Assembly (NCBI GenBank): GCA_963706325.1
Contig: CAVPLT010000007.1
Span: 800,001-864,000 of the forward strand
DNA: 64,000 bases
Direction of reading: 5' to 3'
Source of the DNA: an uncultured Nitrospiraceae bacterium
GTDB lineage: Bacteria > Nitrospirota > Nitrospiria > Nitrospirales > Nitrospiraceae
Below are positions 58,624 to 64,000 of the stretch, piece after piece. Under the pieces are notes generated by a model. The model saw only the letters and a list, made by a program, of their open reading frames with translations. It did no database searches and was not told the origin of the DNA. Position 1 is the stretch's first letter. Every line of letters starts with the position of its first letter. The translations under genes and the position numbers were made by a program.

Positions 58624-59403
58624 ATGGTGCGATCATCTGCGAAAGAAGACAACGAGGACGTCCGCCGGTATTGGAACCAGGAGGCGTGCGGCACCGCCCG
58701 TCCCATCGTCGGTGAGGTGCCGGAACTGAGCCGGGAGTGGTTCGAGCGGATTGAAACCTATCGCTATGAGCTCGAACCATTCATCCATTCCGTCGCGCAA
58801 TTCACCCGTCACCATGGTAAACGACTGCTTGAAATCGGCGTCGGCGCCGGCACCGATCATTTGCAATGGGCTCGTGCCGGTCTGGATTGTCATGGCGTGG
58901 ATTTGACGCAGCGAGCCATCGAGGTCACGCGCGCGCGGTTGTCGCTGTACGGGTTCAGCAGTGACCTGCAACGCATCGATGCCGAGACGCTTCCATTTAG
59001 TGATGCGTCGTTCGACCTGGTGTATTCCTGGGGAGTGATTCACCATGCAGAACATCCAGGGCGAATTATTGCTGAAGTCCGACGAGTGCTCAAACCGGAT
59101 GGACGGTTCATCGGTATGTTGTACGGCAGGCATTCCCTCGTCGCACTGAAACTGTGGGTGAGGCATGGTTTGTTTCGCGGCCGACCTGACAGAACATTGG
59201 CCGGGGTTGTGGCCGATCATATGGAGAGTCCCGGCACCAAGGCTTACACAGTTCGTGAGGTGCGGGGGCTGTTCAACGAATTCACTCGCGTGACCGCGAC
59301 TGCAGTGATGACGCCCTATGATCGGCGTCGGCTGCCATCCTGGTTCACGCAATTAGTTCCGGATCGCTGGGGATGGTTTATCTGCATTAATGCGGTCAAG
59401 TAA
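58624..59403 (+). CDS. Class I SAM methyltransferase (type 11-like)
   Basis: LLEIGVGAGTD, GVDLT, DAE.LPF.D.SFD.VYSWGVIHH, RVLKP.G; SD GAGGAG. Confidence 0.9.
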   Translation: MVRSSAKEDNEDVRRYWNQEACGTARPIVGEVPELSREWFERIETYRYELEPFIHSVAQFTRHHGKRLLEIGVGAGTDHLQWARAGLDCHGVDLTQRAIEVTRARLSLYGFSSDLQRIDAETLPFSDASFDLVYSWGVIHHAEHPGRIIAEVRRVLKPDGRFIGMLYGRHSLVALKLWVRHGLFRGRPDRTLAGVVADHMESPGTKAYTVREVRGLFNEFTRVTATAVMTPYDRRRLPSWFTQLVPDRWGWFICINAVK

Positions 59404-60579
59404 GTGGAGAGAGGGGCATCGACTCATAAGATTCTGATGGCCTGTGCCAATTACTGGACGACTCCGTTCCAAGTAGGAAGCCACCACCTGGCGCGGGGTT
59501 TCGCGGAGGCCGGTTGGAGGGTCGGTTTCGTCTCGGATCCCATCTCTCCGTTGCATCTCTTGGGACAAGCCCGGCAGGAATTGGCGAACAGGTTCCAACT
59601 GTACCGCGACGGTGGCCTGTGGGACCTCGAAAAAAAACTATGGGCCTATGTTCCAGGGGCGTTGGCCACTCCCCGCCATAAGCCACTGCTTCGCAGTGGC
59701 GCCGTTGAGCGCGGGTGGGCCCACCTGACGTGGCCTCCGCTGGGAGCCATGGTGCGGAAGCACGGCTTCGGTGAGGTCGATCTGATGTACTGTGACAGCC
59801 CCAAACATCTCTCCTGGTTATCTCAGGTGACCCGCGCGCGAACCGTGTTTCGGGTTGCTGATAACACCTCAGGATTCGGCCGAACGACGCCAGCCGCACG
59901 TGAGGCTGAACGAGCTCTGGCCGGCGCGGCCGATCTGGTGGTGTATAGCGCCGAAACCTTGAAAGAGTATGTAGAAAGTTTGAAGCCTCGCCGCATGGCT
60001 CATCTCCCGAACGGCGTGAATTTTGCTCATTTTGCCCGGAACGATGTGCCCGTTCCTCCCGAGTATGCCTCGATCCCAGGGCCCATCGCCGTGTATGCAG
60101 GATACATGGACGCCTGGTTTGACTACGACCTGTTGAATCGCGTCGTCGCGGCATTGCCTAACGTCTCATTCGTTCTCATCGGAGGAAGCCCCGCTGCGCA
60201 CACCAGGTTTGCGCCTATGCGAAACCTGCATCTGCTCGGACCCCGGCCGTTTGCCCGCTTGCCGGAATATCTACGGGCCGCCGACGTGGGGCTCATCCCG
60301 TTTGACGTACAAGGGCATCCGACGCTGGTGCATAGTATCCATCCCCTGAAATTGTATGAATACTTCGCTGCCGGACTGCCCGTGGTCGCCACACGCTGGC
60401 GGGAACTGGAGCGTTTGCAAAGCCCGGCGAGGCTGTGTGAGTCGGCCGCAGAATTCTCCTCCGCCGTCGAACTCAGCCTATCTGAGTCCCCTCGACGTGC
60501 AGAATACGAACGCTATGCGCAGCAGGCTGATTGGAAGCACCGCGTCCTCCGGTTGCTGGATCTCGCATTTTCAGAGTGA
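59404..60579 (+). CDS. GT4-like glycosyltransferase (TuaH-like)
   Basis: LPNGV...HF, Y.G....WFD, DVGLIPF, PLKLYEY.AAGLPVV. Confidence 0.88.
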   Translation: MERGASTHKILMACANYWTTPFQVGSHHLARGFAEAGWRVGFVSDPISPLHLLGQARQELANRFQLYRDGGLWDLEKKLWAYVPGALATPRHKPLLRSGAVERGWAHLTWPPLGAMVRKHGFGEVDLMYCDSPKHLSWLSQVTRARTVFRVADNTSGFGRTTPAAREAERALAGAADLVVYSAETLKEYVESLKPRRMAHLPNGVNFAHFARNDVPVPPEYASIPGPIAVYAGYMDAWFDYDLLNRVVAALPNVSFVLIGGSPAAHTRFAPMRNLHLLGPRPFARLPEYLRAADVGLIPFDVQGHPTLVHSIHPLKLYEYFAAGLPVVATRWRELERLQSPARLCESAAEFSSAVELSLSESPRRAEYERYAQQADWKHRVLRLLDLAFSE

Positions 60580-60598
60580 GTCTTGGAGGGTTACCGAT

Positions 60599-61696
60599 AT
60601 TTCACGCCCATTATTGACCATAGACATGCGCATGGTGTTGGCCGCAGGGATCGGCACCTATCTCCGTCAGCTGGTGCCGCGCGTATGGCGGACATTGCCG
60701 TCTCTCAACCTGTGCCTGTTGGGAAGAGCTGAGACACTGACACGGTTTGAGTGGGCGCAACAACCCGGCGTCACCATTGTCGGATGTGGGGCTCCTATTT
60801 ATTCCTTACGGGAGCAGGTTGAGATTCCCTTAAAAATCCCATCGCAAACAGATCTCTTCTGGTCGCCTCATTACAACATTCCCTTGTTCTACCGAGGGCG
60901 CTTGCTCGTCACGGTGCATGACACCTTTCATCTCGCCATGCCACAATTCGTCAAAGGATGGCATCGCCGACTGTACTCGCGTGTCATGTTTCGAGCGGTG
61001 CGGTCAAAAGCAGCCGGCATTGTGTGTGTCTCACGCTTTGCCAAAGGCGAAGTTCTGAAATATTGTCCGACAGGAAAGCAGAACGTCACGGTCGTGCACA
61101 ACGGAATTGATTTCTCCTGGTTGGAGGTCGTGCCCGGCCCGGCCCCCCATCCGAAACCGTATCTTCTCTTCGTTGGCAGTGTGAAACCTCATAAAAACCT
61201 CTCACGACTCTTAGAGGCGTTTGATCGATTGTTGCAGAAGATTCCGCACGATCTCATCATCATCGGCCGACAGGAGGGGTTTATCACTGGAGACGCGCTG
61301 GCGAATGAACGAGCCTCCGCGATGCACAGACGTGTCAAATGCGTGGGGGAATTAGACCATGATCACGAGATCCTCAGACGATTCTACGCTCACGCTGACG
61401 CGCTCATTTTGCCCTCGCTCTATGAAAGTTTTGGTCTTCCGGCATTGGAAGCGGCTGCCTCGGGATGTCCGATTGTCGTCTCTCGGGTAGGGGGGTTGCC
61501 GGAGGTGTATGGGGAATCGGCGGTGTATTGCGATCCATATGATGTCGATGATATTGCGAATAAAATATTTCAGACGGTCACAGACCGAGAATTGCGACGT
61601 CGGCATATCGACCGTGGCCGAGCGATTGCGACTATGTACGGCTGGGATCAGTCAGCGCAACGAACGAGCGAGCTTATCCAAACACTCCTGGCATAG
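60599..61696 (+). CDS. GT4 glycosyltransferase (MtfB-like); start uncertain (ATT 60599, TTG 60614 or ATG 60626)
   Basis: ID.RM...GIGTY, PHYN.P, VTVHD, FVGSVKPHKN, PSLYESFGLPALEA. Confidence 0.88.
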   Translation: MSRPLLTIDMRMVLAAGIGTYLRQLVPRVWRTLPSLNLCLLGRAETLTRFEWAQQPGVTIVGCGAPIYSLREQVEIPLKIPSQTDLFWSPHYNIPLFYRGRLLVTVHDTFHLAMPQFVKGWHRRLYSRVMFRAVRSKAAGIVCVSRFAKGEVLKYCPTGKQNVTVVHNGIDFSWLEVVPGPAPHPKPYLLFVGSVKPHKNLSRLLEAFDRLLQKIPHDLIIIGRQEGFITGDALANERASAMHRRVKCVGELDHDHEILRRFYAHADALILPSLYESFGLPALEAAASGCPIVVSRVGGLPEVYGESAVYCDPYDVDDIANKIFQTVTDRELRRRHIDRGRAIATMYGWDQSAQRTSELIQTLLA

Positions 61697-61761
61697 GACT
61701 TTGTCCTGGATGTTTCCGAGTGTATTCCCAGTATGCGCCTAGGACTTCACTAGTTCGAGAT

Positions 61762-64000
61762 ATGGAACGCGGTTTATCGAAAGCAGATGCCATGTGTGAC
61801 CGGATAGGATTAATTCTGATCGGAGGCCTTCTCCTTTCCCCCCTTGTGTTTAAGATCCAATTCGCGCCTGGCCTCGTGATCCATCCGGTGGTGCTGCTCC
61901 TGCTGCTCAGTTGGTGTTGGATTGCCATCGTCATGGTGGCGCCTCTTCGAAAGAGTGTTCGTGGCCGCTATGTAGCCGAATGGCAAGCATGGAATATTCC
62001 CATGATCCTGATCGGTGTCCTTGTGGGTGGACTAGCAGCGAGTCTGACCATCAACAATCTGCGTGCCGGCTCGTTTCAATCCGGTGGCTGGCTGCTTTTG
62101 GCAAAATGGACGTTATATCTCGCACCGCTGCCGCTCGCGGCGCTCCTGGCCATACGCACCGGATTGACCGTGGTCAGGGTGGCAAGCTGGCTGATGCCCC
62201 TGACGGCCTGCGTGACGCTGCTATATTCCCTGTATCGGCTACGCCATGGGATCGGGTTGGATTTGCCTCAACACTACGTCGGATCCGCTCCTGAGTTCCA
62301 GGCTTTGGGAATGTTGGGCGAAGTCTGGACCTCAGAGGGATTACGGGTACGGACGGATACGGTGAGCCAGGGCGCATACGGCATGTATCTAGTACTCATT
62401 TTGATGTTCAGTCTGTTGTTGGGTCTTTTTCGTGGCTGGGAAGGGATCGTTCCGGTTCGATTTGCGATCGGTCAGTGCCTCATCTTGGCCCCCTTGGCGA
62501 TCATGGGAATTCTTTTTACCGGGTCACGAGCCAGTCTCTTGTTGATGGCAGGATGCCTCACCATTCTGCTTGGTATGGTCATCGCCAATCCACGGCGTGC
62601 TGTGCCGTCCCGGGCTAGACGATGGTTCCTGCTTGGTTTGGGGGTCATCGTCTGCATGCTCCTTGTCAGTCATGCGCTTTGGAAACCTTTTATCCCTACG
62701 CTGGATCGTATGAGTGAGACCGTTCAGACGGCGCACAAGATGACCGGCCAGTACGCCGTGTCTCCCGTGGATCGGCAGGTCGAGACGCGGGTCGTGCTGC
62801 GCAACGTTCAGACACGATTGTGGCTCTGGGGGCAAGTCCTTCATTATTTACAGACCCATCCGTTGGCCATTTTGATCGGCGTGGGTTACGACCGACAGGT
62901 ATTCGTTGAACGGGTGTTGGGACTGCCCTACACGAATGCGACCTTCCAATTCCAAACGGCCCATAGCCTTTTGCTCGACATTCTCGTGAAAGGCGGCTTG
63001 GTGCCGTTTATCGCATTGATCCTGCTCTACGCATGGTTATTGTGGGAGGCGGTGCTGGGGATGATGATTCCGCGCGTCGCCAAACAAGATCCCGCCAGAA
63101 TTGGATTGGCATGGGCGCTGCTCTGTTTTTGGCCTCCTTTTTTTGGAGCCAATTTTTCCGGCGAAGAGATGTTCACGGATAATCTCCTCCTTCATTGGTC
63201 GCTGCTCGCCGGTTTGTTGCTTGGGCTGTGCGCGGTGGCGCTTCGGCAATGGCTTCCTGGCCAAATTGCGCATGTCACGGCCACGGCAGGCCTAGGCGGA
63301 GGCCCCGCCTACATTACGGCCTTGACGAAGCATCAGCTGAGCAAGGGTATTAAGGTCCGCATCTTTTGCTCGGATGAAAAGCCGTATGTAGACATTTGGC
63401 GCCAGATGGGCATTGATGTGTCGGCACTTCCTATGCGCCGGCCGAATGTATCGTCCATGTGGCTGCTCCTGAAGGAATTGCTCCGAGCGCCTGCTCCGAT
63501 ACATGCTCATGGACGGGGCGCGGCGTTTTTTGCCGTGTGGATCAAAATACTGGTGCGTATCCCGGTCATCTATCAGCCCCACGGGCCGCACTATGCCTTC
63601 AAGCACGGATACCGGTATGTATCCGGCTGGTTCTTTGAAGCGTTCTGCCGCCTGCTTTTCGATGCGATCATCTATGTATCTGTCGGGGAACGAGCTATTG
63701 CCCGACGGCAGAGGCTCCCCGTCGGTCGATCCCGAGTAATCGTGTCCGGCCTTATGCAGGAATCGGGCATCTCGCTGGCTGATGGATCGAAACGAGATGT
63801 CCTGCTCACCACGTTAAATGTCCCCACGCAGAGATTTGTGATCGGGTGGATCGGTCGATTTCAATATCCCAAGGGACTCGATCTCTTGTTCGATTCGGTG
63901 GCGAGCGTGTCGGCACGGCTGCCGGAGGCGATTTGGGTTGTCATCGGAGAAGGCGATGCTCAAGAAATGCGTGCCTATGAACAGAGAATTGCGAAGCTGG
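61762..64000 (+). CDS. Fusion of an O-antigen ligase/polymerase (Wzy_C-like) membrane domain and a C-terminal GT4 domain; 3' truncated by window
   Basis: Hand-translated frame +1, no stop from 61762 to 64000; TGSRAS, R.WLW, IGVGY, AHS.LLDIL..GG, then IAHV....GLGGG, IHAHG, HG.HY, IGWIGRFQYPKGLDLL. Confidence 0.85.
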   Translation, partial: MERGLSKADAMCDRIGLILIGGLLLSPLVFKIQFAPGLVIHPVVLLLLLSWCWIAIVMVAPLRKSVRGRYVAEWQAWNIPMILIGVLVGGLAASLTINNLRAGSFQSGGWLLLAKWTLYLAPLPLAALLAIRTGLTVVRVASWLMPLTACVTLLYSLYRLRHGIGLDLPQHYVGSAPEFQALGMLGEVWTSEGLRVRTDTVSQGAYGMYLVLILMFSLLLGLFRGWEGIVPVRFAIGQCLILAPLAIMGILFTGSRASLLLMAGCLTILLGMVIANPRRAVPSRARRWFLLGLGVIVCMLLVSHALWKPFIPTLDRMSETVQTAHKMTGQYAVSPVDRQVETRVVLRNVQTRLWLWGQVLHYLQTHPLAILIGVGYDRQVFVERVLGLPYTNATFQFQTAHSLLLDILVKGGLVPFIALILLYAWLLWEAVLGMMIPRVAKQDPARIGLAWALLCFWPPFFGANFSGEEMFTDNLLLHWSLLAGLLLGLCAVALRQWLPGQIAHVTATAGLGGGPAYITALTKHQLSKGIKVRIFCSDEKPYVDIWRQMGIDVSALPMRRPNVSSMWLLLKELLRAPAPIHAHGRGAAFFAVWIKILVRIPVIYQPHGPHYAFKHGYRYVSGWFFEAFCRLLFDAIIYVSVGERAIARRQRLPVGRSRVIVSGLMQESGISLADGSKRDVLLTTLNVPTQRFVIGWIGRFQYPKGLDLLFDSVASVSARLPEAIWVVIGEGDAQEMRAYEQRIAKL

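Noticed and set aside
59630..59637. A8 run in a GT gene (and A7 at 17641-17647)
   Set aside because: Both genes are intact in frame and I saw no meaningful alternative-frame product
20252..60598. Extended N-termini in the ORF track (20252, 21951, 22975, 40813, 46977, 60356)
   Set aside because: They overlap upstream genes or remnants; SD position, stop/start overlaps and family N-termini point to later starts

Overview
A 64-kb bacterial cell-envelope locus of about 55 genes, all on the + strand. It contains no rRNA, tRNA, CRISPR array or transposase that I can see. Gene order and the intergenic repeat style suggest a Nitrospira-like diderm (inference). Three blocks: (1) 1-14.4 kb, outer-membrane and lipid A/inner-core genes (3' end of bamA, two skp, fabZ, lpxA, lpxI, GnnA-like oxidoreductase, lpxB, msbA, a DUF374 acyltransferase split at an A9 run, waaA, lpxK, waaF-gmhB fusion, waaC-like); (2) 14.4-31 kb, core glycosyltransferases, two decayed genes, an lhgO-like oxidase, rmlA/B/D and an O-antigen-ligase-family gene behind a long, apparently structured leader; (3) 31-64 kb, an accessory surface-glycan island (gmd, fcl, two AsnB-type amidotransferases, frameshifted heparinase II/III-like gene, cysC, wzx, sulfotransferase, six SAM methyltransferases, neuABC, a KpsS-like transferase, many GTs). 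It ends in an ORF absent from the supplied track that fuses a Wzy/WaaL-type membrane domain to a GT4 domain. Best leads: the candidate recoding site in DUF374, the Wzy/WaaL-GT4 fusion, the sulfation/methylation/amidation/nonulosonate tailoring system, a structured leader, a 19-codon uORF overlapping the gmd start, and two copies of a MITE-like repeat end. All product calls are from motif recognition by eye; no searches or folding were run.
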